A stretch of 64,000 bases of DNA. Origin: a virus (lineage: Duplodnaviria > Heunggongvirae > Uroviricota > Caudoviricetes). How positions within the stretch are numbered: position 1 is the stretch's first letter; every line of letters starts with the position of its first letter. The notes below the pieces were generated by a model. It did not search any database. It had not been told where the DNA came from and worked only from the letters and a program-made list of their open reading frames with translations. A program made the position numbers and the translations under genes. The DNA is taken from positions 1 to 64,000 of the IMG/VR virus record IMGVR_UViG_3300044699_000054; one strand, 5' to 3'. Positions 8,110-16,575 of the stretch are shown piece after piece.

Positions 8110-9012
8110 ATGATGAGGAACCGAACGGTTTTCCCATCGGACCATGCCGGTTGGATAGCGTATCTCGATCGTGGCCGTCTCAAGACGAAGACGTTCGATC
8201 GACCAATCGGCAGTAGCCGGACCAAACGTGTGCATCGATTCGCCAACGGCGATGTTGGGCTACGGTATCATGCCACGTACTGTGTGATCTTCCACGCCGA
8301 CGGTACCGTCACGTACGACACGGGAGGATGGCACACCATCACCACAAAGCAATTCATCAATGCCTATGGACCGACTAGGGTTTGGTCGGACAAGGGGCAG
8401 CTTTTCTTGCCGGTGCATAACCCGAGCTACACACCGGCAAAGGTCCAGAAGTGTCGCGTATGCCACGGCAAGGCGGTATTGCCGTCATCGTGCTACGGAC
8501 CGCGTTATTGCTACGCCGCGTATGGCGATCGCCCGTGTGTGCACGGCGAAGTGATCAACCATCGTTACACTACCTGTCCCCACGGGAAGACCGAGGGACA
8601 TCCGGTGCCAGATATTGCATGCTATCGTTGCAATGGCACCGGGAAACGTGACTACGGCAGTAAGCCCATACACTTTGAGTGGACTGGCAGTGCCTATCGG
8701 TTCCACCCTGACGACGTGGAGCACGGCATCTATCCGGGTAATCTGTCCGGATCCGTAGCTACGTCAGTAAGCTATGGGCAGGCTGGCAACGTTCTAACCC
8801 GACTCATTCCGGGACTGGACGAGCGGGTTACGTACCCATGTACATGCTTCGGACATGGGTATGACCCGTTGAGGGTACGCGACATGATCATTCACCTGAA
8901 TGACAGCCATCATCCGGCCCATGAAACGGCCGACGTGTGGTCGCGTGAACGCATTGCCGATTGGCTGGAGACGTTGGATGTTGACCTGCGTTTTCCGACG
9001 CCTGCGGAGTGA
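8110..9012 (+). CDS. Cys/His-rich protein with DnaJ-type CxxCxGxG zinc-finger-like motifs
   Basis: Hairpin 8049-8070, CCTGTCGACGGTCGGCAGG (8081-8089 core), RBS GAGGAAGGGG, ATG 8110. Motifs CRVCHGK, CYRCNGTGK, CPHGKTEGH. Confidence 0.55.
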   Translation: MMRNRTVFPSDHAGWIAYLDRGRLKTKTFDRPIGSSRTKRVHRFANGDVGLRYHATYCVIFHADGTVTYDTGGWHTITTKQFINAYGPTRVWSDKGQLFLPVHNPSYTPAKVQKCRVCHGKAVLPSSCYGPRYCYAAYGDRPCVHGEVINHRYTTCPHGKTEGHPVPDIACYRCNGTGKRDYGSKPIHFEWTGSAYRFHPDDVEHGIYPGNLSGSVATSVSYGQAGNVLTRLIPGLDERVTYPCTCFGHGYDPLRVRDMIIHLNDSHHPAHETADVWSRERIADWLETLDVDLRFPTPAE

Positions 9013-9096
9013 GGTCGCCCGGTACCGGAGAGATCCGGTGCCGGGTACGAGGATGGTTGAAACGGTCAACCGTCCCTAGTGGAGAGAGGAACGACC

Positions 9097-9330
9097 ATGA
9101 ACCAGACAGCTACCACGACCGAGGCGCGTCCGGCAAACCCGATCATCGATGAGCTGCGCGCTGAGCTGCGCGATATCGAGATCGATGTACTGTCGGCCTA
9201 CACCCTTGCCGATGCAATCCGCGAGGGTGCCAGGGTGACCACGCAGGCCAATGGCTGGGGGTCCGGCCGCGAGGCTTGCGCGCTCTCAGCCGCCTACCTG
9301 ACGGCTCACGCGCGGGGTTGGATCGAGTAG
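9097..9330 (+). CDS. hypothetical protein
   Basis: Hairpin 9016-9048, variant palindrome GGTTGAAACGGTCAACC (9056-9071), RBS GGAGAGAGG, ATG 9097. Confidence 0.5.
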   Translation: MNQTATTTEARPANPIIDELRAELRDIEIDVLSAYTLADAIREGARVTTQANGWGSGREACALSAAYLTAHARGWIE

Positions 9331-9416
9331 CACACAGGTCGGATGTCCACACCGGACATCCGGCCGCGATACCGGGCGACGGTCGTCCGGCATCAGAGAG
9401 GAAGGGGAGGTGATCT

Positions 9417-9929
9417 ATGCCACCCCGTGTGCGTCGGCTGGCCTATGTGTGGGTAGACACACCAGTCGGACAGATTGACGACGGGCCGCATGGCTTCACG
9501 TCCGACCATGCGTGCATAGAGGCTGCTCAATCGATGTGGGAGCAGCATCTAGGCGCATGGCTCATGCACAAAGCTGGCACGCTAGATCCGGGATTCCGGC
9601 TGCTCGAATGCGTGCAGGCTGACGGATTGGACCGATACCCACATCACAAGGAATGGCGACCAGGGATCGACGCCGCAATGCAGTGGGCCGGGATGGACCT
9701 CCCGACTCGCGGCGCCGTAGTGCACGACTACCGAACAGAGCGAGCGCGCGTGATCCGGTCCCGGACACGTACGCCGTTCCAGCGGGTAGAAGACATGGCC
9801 GTGCAAGCGGCCAAGCGTCAACGCGCATTCAACCGTGCCAGCCATCCTAGCCCGACAGACTCCGGTCCAGGGTCGATCGAATGGGCACCTGTGTTTGGCC
9901 CGTACTGTGCAGTCCCGTTGTCCCAGTAG
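9417..9929 (+). CDS. hypothetical protein (last gene of left block)
   Basis: Hairpin 9335-9360, CGACGGTCG 9377-9385, RBS GAGGAAGGGGAGG, ATG 9417. Followed by terminator hairpin 9959-9990. Confidence 0.55.
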   Translation: MPPRVRRLAYVWVDTPVGQIDDGPHGFTSDHACIEAAQSMWEQHLGAWLMHKAGTLDPGFRLLECVQADGLDRYPHHKEWRPGIDAAMQWAGMDLPTRGAVVHDYRTERARVIRSRTRTPFQRVEDMAVQAAKRQRAFNRASHPSPTDSGPGSIEWAPVFGPYCAVPLSQ

Positions 9930-9958
9930 TCCACGACAGATAGAGGAGTGACCATCGG

Positions 9959-10003
9959 CGGACGTCAGTGCCTACCCGCGCTGACGTCCGTCCCATCTTT
10001 CTG
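9959..10003 (+). terminator. factor-independent terminator-like hairpin closing the left gene block
   Basis: 10-bp stem CGGACGTCAG/CTGACGTCCG with a 12-nt loop, followed by TCCCATCTTTCTG. Confidence 0.5.
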
Positions 10004-10587
10004 CCCGCCAAATGATCTTACTTCCATCGATGTCTGCTGTCCCCTTGCTATGGTGATCATGGATGTGGGCTGTCCACTGTGGCCAGTGCCACGGGCGCAG
10101 GTCGGTATGGCTATGGTCAATTGATATGCGCCGATGGCCCATGGCCCAGTCGCATGGCGGCAGGCGATCGAGCCAGGCCTATTTTCGCAGGTCACAGGCA
10201 GTGTCCGGCCGCGTCCAGGTGCGCCAGTCGCACGCGCGTTCGGTACGGTGTGTGTGATCATGTAGCTGTATCCTGTCTCATATGTCCAAATTGCAAAATT
10301 CGAAAATCGAGGGGCGCCCAGGGCCGGTTGCGCGTCCACACAACAGGCTAATCGGACATTGAGCCCATGCCAGGCAAACAGCTTTTTCTGGACAGGCCGC
10401 TGGCGCCTACGCAAAGACACATACCTGACGCCTGCCCCCGGCAGCTTGATACTTTGCTCCTCTTCAATGCATTGATTGGAGAAGGCCCTGCTCGCGTAGG
10501 CCGGAAACACATAAATTGAATTCCGAAACAAGAAGCAGTGATCCAAAAATTCCACATGCATGTTGCCTGGGAGCATGGGCACGTACC

Positions 10588-10944
10588 CTGGTACACATGA
10601 CCTTCGAGCTGCCGGCTGGTTCCATCCCCGAGATCAATGAGGAGAACCTGGTCAACGACCAGGGCCGGGTGCGGGCGCTGATTGTCACCCGGATCGAGCA
10701 GCTGTGGCAGCCCATCGACAAGGGCCTGCAGATGGACCACGAAGGCATCCGGCCTGCTGATCCTCGCCTGCTGGAGATTGGTCGCGGGCTGATGAAGGAT
10801 CTTGCTGCCGTCTACCGCCTGGGTCGAGCCCTCACCACCACTGATGAGGAAGCCGACGACGAGCTACCAGTCATTGACCGCGCGGCCATGGTGGAAGAGA
10901 AGCTGTCCCAGATCGAAGCCAGGTTGAAGGAAGCCACCGGCTAG
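10588..10944 (+). CDS. hypothetical protein
   Basis: ATG at 10588 (MTFELPAG...). Good coding composition but no clear RBS. The upstream 10516 TTG extension is in a low-GC stretch. Confidence 0.35.
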   Translation: MVHMTFELPAGSIPEINEENLVNDQGRVRALIVTRIEQLWQPIDKGLQMDHEGIRPADPRLLEIGRGLMKDLAAVYRLGRALTTTDEEADDELPVIDRAAMVEEKLSQIEARLKEATG

Positions 10945-10999
10945 GACTTTGGGTGGGTGCTGTGGCAGCTGTTGCTGGTACTGCGGTAGCTGGTACCAG

Positions 11000-11376
11000 T
11001 TAGTTGACTCGGGCACACGAGGGCAGACACTTGGGTGCCTGTCCGCAGGTGCAGGGACCTAGCAGCTCGAAGTCAGCCAGCTCCTTGTCGAAGACGGCGG
11101 GACTGGGCATGTCGATGTAGACCAGGTTCGGGTCGCGCAGGTTGGCGAACAGGTACCGGTCATAGCGGTACAGCGCCTGGTAGAAGAACCAGGACTCCCA
11201 ACGTGGGTGATGCGACTGCAGCGCCCGCCTGCGGATGTTGGCTTCCCGGTAGGCACGTTGACGGAAAGTAGCCGAGTTGACTTCCGCTGGGAGGTCGGTG
11301 ATCTCTAACCGGTAGACGTTTCCGTCCAGGAACCGGTCCCACCACTGGCTGGAAATGGACGAAGTTCGAGGCATGT
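11000..11376 (-). CDS. hypothetical protein, divergent from the 11.9 kb block
   Basis: Likely start MPRTSS... at 11376. Trp/Tyr-rich, C-terminal CTCGQAPKCLPSC. Flanked by CTGGTACCAG palindromes. Confidence 0.35.
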
Positions 11377-11379
11377 CAG

Positions 11380-11760
11380 GAATTATAGCCTGTAGCGACA
11401 ACAACAGTAGCACCAAACCTTCCTCCGGCTTGTTCCTGCTTGATCCGTGGAAAGTTTTTACTATCGCCACAACGGCCGGAAAAGTTGTTCCTGCAAAAGC
11501 ATGATCAACTCCTGTTATTCATGATCAACTTTCGTTGTTCCTGGTACTTTTATCAGGTCTTTCTTTCTTTTTTATGACTTAAATGAATAAGTAAAGTCTG
11601 AACCTGGAGTAAAGAAAAAAAAGGGGAAGTAGTAGTAGTGATAATAAATAATGAGGTAGAAGGTAGTACTACTATTATGATCGCCACGGAAATTCTGTAG
11701 AAGCTACAGTGGGGTTGGTCGTTCCTGTTCCTGGTGTTGTTCCTGCTGATGGCTGTCGAT
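11380..11760. promoter_or_regulatory. AT-rich iteron-containing non-coding region (ori-like/regulatory switch)
   Basis: GC drops to about 30% at 11555-11700 in an about 62% GC genome. GTTCCTG occurs 6 times (11432, 11486, 11536, 11721, 11727, 11739). CATGATCAACT occurs twice. CTGGTACCAG palindromes sit at 10990-10999 and 11885-11894. Confidence 0.45.
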
Positions 11761-11929
11761 GCCTCAAGCCGCCGGACCACGGTCGCCGGGGGAGGCTCTG
11801 CCCTGCCGCCGTCCACGCGGTGACGTTACGTTAGGTAACTGCCGGGGCTTGGACTGCCGGGGCTGGTTGCTGGTACCTGGATTGCTGGTACCAGTGGCTG
11901 GTTGCCTGCAGGGGGATGTGGGGGTATGA

Positions 11930-12331
11930 TTGGGTGGTCTCGAACTGGAAGCGTGGGAGGAGAGGGTGATGACCGAGGGCGTGGGGACCGAGAGCGCGAG
12001 GGTGGCTGACCTGCTGGAGGCGGTTGGGGATGCTTTTGAGAGTGGAGAGCTGGAGTGGGGCCAGGGTGCCGCCAGGAGCTGGAGAGGCGAGGACTCAGAC
12101 GGGACCGCTCAGTGGGTCTTCTGCCTTATCGGCGGGCTCAGTCAGAGGAATCATCACAATGTGTCTATTTGGGAAGTGACTGGCGCTGTTAGCAGGCACC
12201 TGGGACTTATGGACCAAACCTTTATTGCACCCTGGAACGACAGGCCGGGTCGCACTGTGGACGAGGTCATTGATGCCCTCAAGGGCACGGCCAAGGACAT
12301 CAGGAACCAGTTAGAGCCTGGCGATGGATAA
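11930..12331 (+). CDS. member 1 of a 3-copy paralogous small-protein family (shared C-terminal WND-PGRT-EVI-AKD-RN motif)
   Basis: Aligns by eye with the 20299..20664 and 21269..21625 products: AADLLE...G-W-G...(I)APWNDRPGRTVDEVIDALKGTAKDIRNQ. Confidence 0.5.
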   Translation: MGGLELEAWEERVMTEGVGTESARVADLLEAVGDAFESGELEWGQGAARSWRGEDSDGTAQWVFCLIGGLSQRNHHNVSIWEVTGAVSRHLGLMDQTFIAPWNDRPGRTVDEVIDALKGTAKDIRNQLEPGDG

Positions 12332-12527
12332 CCGTGAGGGCAGCCACAGTTACATCGCTTTCGCTGGTCTAGCTGTGGCTCTCGGCTGCCCTGAGGATGC
12401 CGTGGGCACTCTGTGGGATCGGATGCTAGGCCAGGGTCTGCCTATGGACCCGCTGCAAGCTGTAGAGAGCTTCCGGCGGGAGCTGGCAGCCTTGAGAGAA
12501 GCGACAACACCAGGAGAGGGTGCGTAA
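12324..12527 (+). CDS. hypothetical small protein
   Basis: 67-aa ORF overlapping the previous stop (ATGGATAA), typical of operon packing. Confidence 0.35.
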   Translation: MDNREGSHSYIAFAGLAVALGCPEDAVGTLWDRMLGQGLPMDPLQAVESFRRELAALREATTPGEGA

Positions 12528-12532
12528 GCGAT

Positions 12533-13138
12533 ATGGCCGAGGATCTTGTAAGTACTGATACTGCCCCTTGGGCGGACACCAGTACCTTCATTCCGACGTT
12601 CCCCCGATCAGCTACAGCGACTGAGCGCAACTATGCCCAGGAGATGCGGGAGCTGATCGATATGACAACGCAAGGGCGCTACACGTCCGCCAGCGCTGCC
12701 CAGGAGATCGTCAACTACCTGCGTGAGCATGACCCAGATCTGCTTCACGGCTGGCTCGACGCACAAGCTGTTCACTTCGTACGAGTGGCCATCTCGAACC
12801 GGGACCACTCTGCCCGCGCCTATAACCGCACCGCTGCATCCAGATCCGTATTCCGCAAGGCGGCGGAAGACTTCGATAATGGTGACGAAGCTCCATTGCG
12901 AAGCAACTTCCTGGACGAGGTCTACGTCATTGAGGCCGGAGTCAGGATGCCGCTACGCCAGATGACATCCGTAGAACTGTCCTTTGTTGCTGATGACTTC
13001 AGTCGCTCAGCCAAGGAGTCTCTGTGGCGAGAAGCCTTCCTGCGTGCGCTGGCTAAGAAGTGCGGCACTCGTACGGTGGAGCAGGTTTTCGATGAGGAAA
13101 CCATCGCCAAGCTGTGGATCTCGGTAGCAAAAGACTGA
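12533..13138 (+). CDS. hypothetical protein
   Basis: ATG at 12533 after GGAGAGGG. About 201 aa. The longer 12413 start lies in the previous gene's frame overlap. Confidence 0.5.
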   Translation: MAEDLVSTDTAPWADTSTFIPTFPRSATATERNYAQEMRELIDMTTQGRYTSASAAQEIVNYLREHDPDLLHGWLDAQAVHFVRVAISNRDHSARAYNRTAASRSVFRKAAEDFDNGDEAPLRSNFLDEVYVIEAGVRMPLRQMTSVELSFVADDFSRSAKESLWREAFLRALAKKCGTRTVEQVFDEETIAKLWISVAKD

Positions 13139-13139
13139 C

Positions 13140-14500
13140 GATCGACATGTCAACCCGACCCCCTTCTTCCCAACCCGACATGCCACCCCGTGCCCCCCTG
13201 CATCCCGCTACCCTCCTGACTCCCCCGATCACCACCGGCCCCGCCCTCCACCGCTCTGTCCGACACGCCTACCCCGCTTGCCCCGCGCCGCGCCTAGTCG
13301 CCACAGCCCGCTCCGACGACCCAAGCCATTCCCTCCCTGTTCATCCCGACCACTCACCCCGACCCGGCTACGTCACGCCCCCGCCCAAATCGACAGGTCT
13401 ATCCGTACCCTCCGCGAGTCTCCCCTGCCCGACCACCCATCCCGTCCCGGTCATACACCCCAGCCCCGACTACCCTCCCCGCTCCTCATCCGCCAACTCG
13501 CCCACCCCGACTACCCTCCCCAGCGCCATTCGCATGCCTGCCCATCCCGACTACCCTGCCCCGCATCGCGTTCAACCCGGCCCGACAACTCAGACCGCCT
13601 CCGCTCCAGCCCAAATCCGACAACCCACGTTGCCCCACAAACCTCCCGACACCAGCCCGACTCGCCTACTCAGCCCGCGTCACCTACAGCCCATCCCCGA
13701 CAAGCCATCTCCCTACGCTCCGGCGCATCCCCTCACGACAGGCCGAGCCCAATCGCCCCGTCCACTTCCCGCTCCGACTGCCCGACGCCACCCGGATTCA
13801 TCCCATCCCTCTACGACCAACCAACCCATTGCGACCCCGATCCTTCCGCACCGACAACCCAGCTCTCCCCTCGCCATTCACTCACCGCTCCGACTACCCA
13901 GCTCAGTACGAGCCGCGATCATCCCCTCCCTTCTCGACTACCCGCCCCGACGCATCGCAACGCAACTACTGCCCACATCCGACGGCCCCTCCCAGGCCAC
14001 CCTCAATCAGGTCAGGCCTCCCCCTACCGACTCCCCCACCCATGTCTTCGCTTCCCATTTCACCCCGACCACCCGAGTCCTTGCCGCATCCACCCACTCC
14101 CTTCCCTGCCGACTACCCGGAGCCGGCCCGACTTCCTCCAACCCAACCCGACTGCCCCGCCCGTTCCAACACGGTTCTGCCCCGCCCGCGTCGACATCCC
14201 GACCCAGTCATCTAGTCCCATCACTCCACACCGACCACCCTCCCCATTACCTTGCCCCACTCACTCCACACCGACTTCCCCCGTCGAGTCTGCATCCGAC
14301 CGGTCCCCTCCCGACTAACCGCCCCAATTCGTCCCGCCACATCCCGACTAACCAAGCCCGCCCCGATCAACCCTTATCGACGCCACAACCCGTCCCGCCA
14401 CACGATCCGCCACCGATCAACACCTCCCGTCCCGACTACCTAACCCGACTCGCATCAACCCTTATCCCACCGACAGTGCATTCCCACCCTTGCAACAGGT
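13140..14500 (+). repeat. 1.35 kb strand-asymmetric C-rich/G-poor tract with about 40 CCGAC motifs and about 10 degenerate copies of CCCGACTA(C/A)CC
   Basis: Almost every G sits in a CG dinucleotide. All three + frames are open (which produces P/S/T/H-rich pseudo-ORFs), but the repeat copies fall in different frames. The complementary strand carries many GGG runs. Confidence 0.7.
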
Positions 14501-14521
14501 CCACAAAGGAGAGAGAAAGAA

Positions 14522-15241
14522 ATGTCCCGTCTGTTTGAGCAATATCGTGCAGAGGCGTATCCCTTCCGTTTCGACGGTTCGCTGTTAGTCGCCACTATTG
14601 CTGGTGGTACTCCCAGTGACCCTCGTGTTGCTGAAGGCTGGTTGAAGACCAAGCTGGGTCTCGACAAAGATGACATGATCCGGAACATGGTTGCTGAGAC
14701 CATGGTGGAGCGTGGTGTTGGCGCCGAGGAAGCCACTGAAATTGTAAATACCATGAAGAACCTGAATGGGTTCAAGCGCGATGACAAAGGCCTCTACATT
14801 GAAGGTCGCCAGCTGAAGGCCGCGCTCAAGGAAGCCATCTCCATTGCTGTTGCTGCTGGAAAAATTGAGCAGCGTGGATGGGGGAAGACGAACAAGTGGA
14901 TCCAGGGTTATTTCGCTGAGCACGTGTTCGTACTAGAAGACCGTCTGTACCTGGGTGTCGGCGAAGCCACTGGAATCAACCAGCGGTTCGTGCACACGCA
15001 CCGTGGTACTGGTATCCAGTACGAGGAATACGTTAACGATGCGAAGATTGACTTCACTGTCATCTCGGATCACGATTTCAGTGAGCGCGAATGGGCGCTG
15101 ATCTGGACCTGTGGCGAGCAGAACGGTATTGGAGCCTCGCGCTCGCAGGGTTACGGCCGCTACGAGGTCACCCGTTGGGACCGGACTGTAGTAGTCGCGC
15201 CCAAGAAGCCAGTACCTGCTCCAAAGAACAAGGCAGAATAG
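14522..15241 (+). CDS. hypothetical protein (239 aa) with strong RBS, directly downstream of the C-rich tract
   Basis: AAGGAGAGAGAAAGAAATG start context. Good coding statistics. Lys/Pro-rich C-terminal tail. Confidence 0.6.
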   Translation: MSRLFEQYRAEAYPFRFDGSLLVATIAGGTPSDPRVAEGWLKTKLGLDKDDMIRNMVAETMVERGVGAEEATEIVNTMKNLNGFKRDDKGLYIEGRQLKAALKEAISIAVAAGKIEQRGWGKTNKWIQGYFAEHVFVLEDRLYLGVGEATGINQRFVHTHRGTGIQYEEYVNDAKIDFTVISDHDFSEREWALIWTCGEQNGIGASRSQGYGRYEVTRWDRTVVVAPKKPVPAPKNKAE

Positions 15242-15600
15242 TGATCAAGTATCGATATGACTTGCTGCACGATCCTGAGCCAGGCCCACACGTACGACGT
15301 TTGCTGAGCTGGGGTCCTAGCTATGCCATCCTGGGAAAGGAGCGTTGGGAACGGCTGCCTTGTCGCCGTCAAGTGGGAGACATTTTCTATAGCCTGCGCA
15401 GCAACCAGACCTATCGAAGGTCGGCTCGCCGTTGTTTCACTCGCTGGCATGGGGAGCGCAGAGAAGAGCACTGGCATTGGTTCAACGGAGACAAGTCACG
15501 GCCTTGGGGACCTCTTCGTGGTGACACTGTTGCGGTGGACCTCGATGCCCTTCGACGGATGCGGGCGTCATATCCGCGCGGATGGCGCAAGCGCCGATGA
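15241..15600 (+). CDS. basic Trp/Arg-rich hypothetical protein (GTG start)
   Basis: In frame with listed ORF 15091..15600. GTG at 15241 overlaps the upstream stop. Confidence 0.35.
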   Translation: MIKYRYDLLHDPEPGPHVRRLLSWGPSYAILGKERWERLPCRRQVGDIFYSLRSNQTYRRSARRCFTRWHGERREEHWHWFNGDKSRPWGPLRGDTVAVDLDALRRMRASYPRGWRKRR

Positions 15601-15679
15601 AGTCAATCCGCCCATACAGAATCGGTGTTAGTTAACCGAATCACCTGATGCTCACTTTGCTGAGTTCTACAGTAACCAG

Positions 15680-15964
15680 GTGCCAGCTAAAGGTGACCAG
15701 GTCCACATCTATCCAGTCGTTAAGGCCGATCCCTTTCGTCGTCAAGGTCTGTGGGTGGTAGATCACGTTTCCTGGCTCGTTTCCGGACCTGCTAGCGTCA
15801 CCGCCTTTGAGGTTGCCCGGGAGACCGATGGTGATATGGCAGCTGCTTATTGTGAATGGGTCGAATTACATGTTTGGCCAGCGCCTTCAGGACCATACTG
15901 GCAAGAGCGACCAGCCTGGGCAAAGATTCTCAGTCCTGATGATGACGAGGATGAGGGAGATTGA
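15680..15964 (+). CDS. hypothetical protein with acidic C-terminus
   Basis: 94-aa ORF. The stop overlaps the next start. Confidence 0.35.
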   Translation: MPAKGDQVHIYPVVKADPFRRQGLWVVDHVSWLVSGPASVTAFEVARETDGDMAAAYCEWVELHVWPAPSGPYWQERPAWAKILSPDDDEDEGD

Positions 15965-16575
15965 GGATGGACCTAGCAACTTTAGATATCGATGTAGAGC
16001 AAGCCAAAGCTGGGCTCAAGGAATACACCACGCTCATTGAGGCTGAGCGCACAGCTGAAGACAATGCCATTGTTGCCGCTTACAGGGCAGCAGCCCGAGG
16101 ACTGTCTGTCATTTCCCTGAGCGCTGCTATTACGGCCGGCGGATTCTTCGAGAATGGTCTGCCTCGTATTGCAGTCTGCCGAGCCGATGCCAGGACCTGT
16201 CTTGTGCAACGCAGCTGGTACGGGAACGAGCTTACGTTCTACGATCAGGATGCAGATACCTGGCGACGGTATACCGCGCTGGTTGGAGGCCACACGGTTA
16301 AGGTCAGGGTCTCGTTGCCTGAGCCGGTAAATCAGAAGACCCGTACGAACGCAACCACCGTGGTACCACCGATCCCACCCCGGTTCCGACCCAAGCGAGC
16401 ACGACTGGCCTCTCATCACATCCTGTGGGAGGTAGAGAAATGGGACCTGACGCCACCACATGACCCAGCTCTGTTGCGTCACATCCGTGGTGACCTCTGG
16501 GCGGTCCTAGCCACATGGGATCTCACTGATATCGAGCGGCATGTGCTTGCTCAACGGAGTCACGCCCGTGGCTAA
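15961..16575 (+). CDS. hypothetical protein
   Basis: 204-aa ORF with consistent composition. Confidence 0.5.
   Translation: MRMDLATLDIDVEQAKAGLKEYTTLIEAERTAEDNAIVAAYRAAARGLSVISLSAAITAGGFFENGLPRIAVCRADARTCLVQRSWYGNELTFYDQDADTWRRYTALVGGHTVKVRVSLPEPVNQKTRTNATTVVPPIPPRFRPKRARLASHHILWEVEKWDLTPPHDPALLRHIRGDLWAVLATWDLTDIERHVLAQRSHARG

Larger units (their letters stand above)
291..9386 (+). repeat. dispersed family of about 20 start-associated palindromes (core CGACGGTCG; variants GGACGGTCC, GAACGGTCC, AACGGTC) with covarying flanking arms, always on the + strand
   Basis: Core positions: 291-299, 607-615, 906-914, 1372-1380, 1980-1988, 2321-2329, 2660-2668, 2905-2913, 3186-3194, 3622-3630, 4037-4045, 4351-4359, 4713-4721, 5927-5935, 6333-6341, 6671-6679, 7641-7649, 8081-8089, 9061-9067, 9377-9385. 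The core ends 19-33 nt before the start codon. The arms differ between copies but stay complementary. Confidence 0.8.

Noticed and set aside
9965..10582. 205-aa minus-strand ORF in the low-GC gap
   Set aside because: Composition is unlike all other genes here, it overlaps the early-block terminator hairpin and there is no start context. Judged spurious.
9930..11930. Searched intergenic regions for tRNA or tmRNA-like sequences (T-loop GTTCGAATC-like)
   Set aside because: No cloverleaf-compatible sequence recognisable by eye. A tRNA scan would be needed to be certain.
13114..14538. Very long Pro/Ser/Thr/His-rich ORFs (474, 346, 128 and 63 aa) in all three + frames
   Set aside because: The ORFs are open only because the C-rich, G-poor composition excludes stop codons. 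The DNA repeat copies are out of frame with each other and the C-terminal parts read through into the next gene's RBS. Treated as non-coding.
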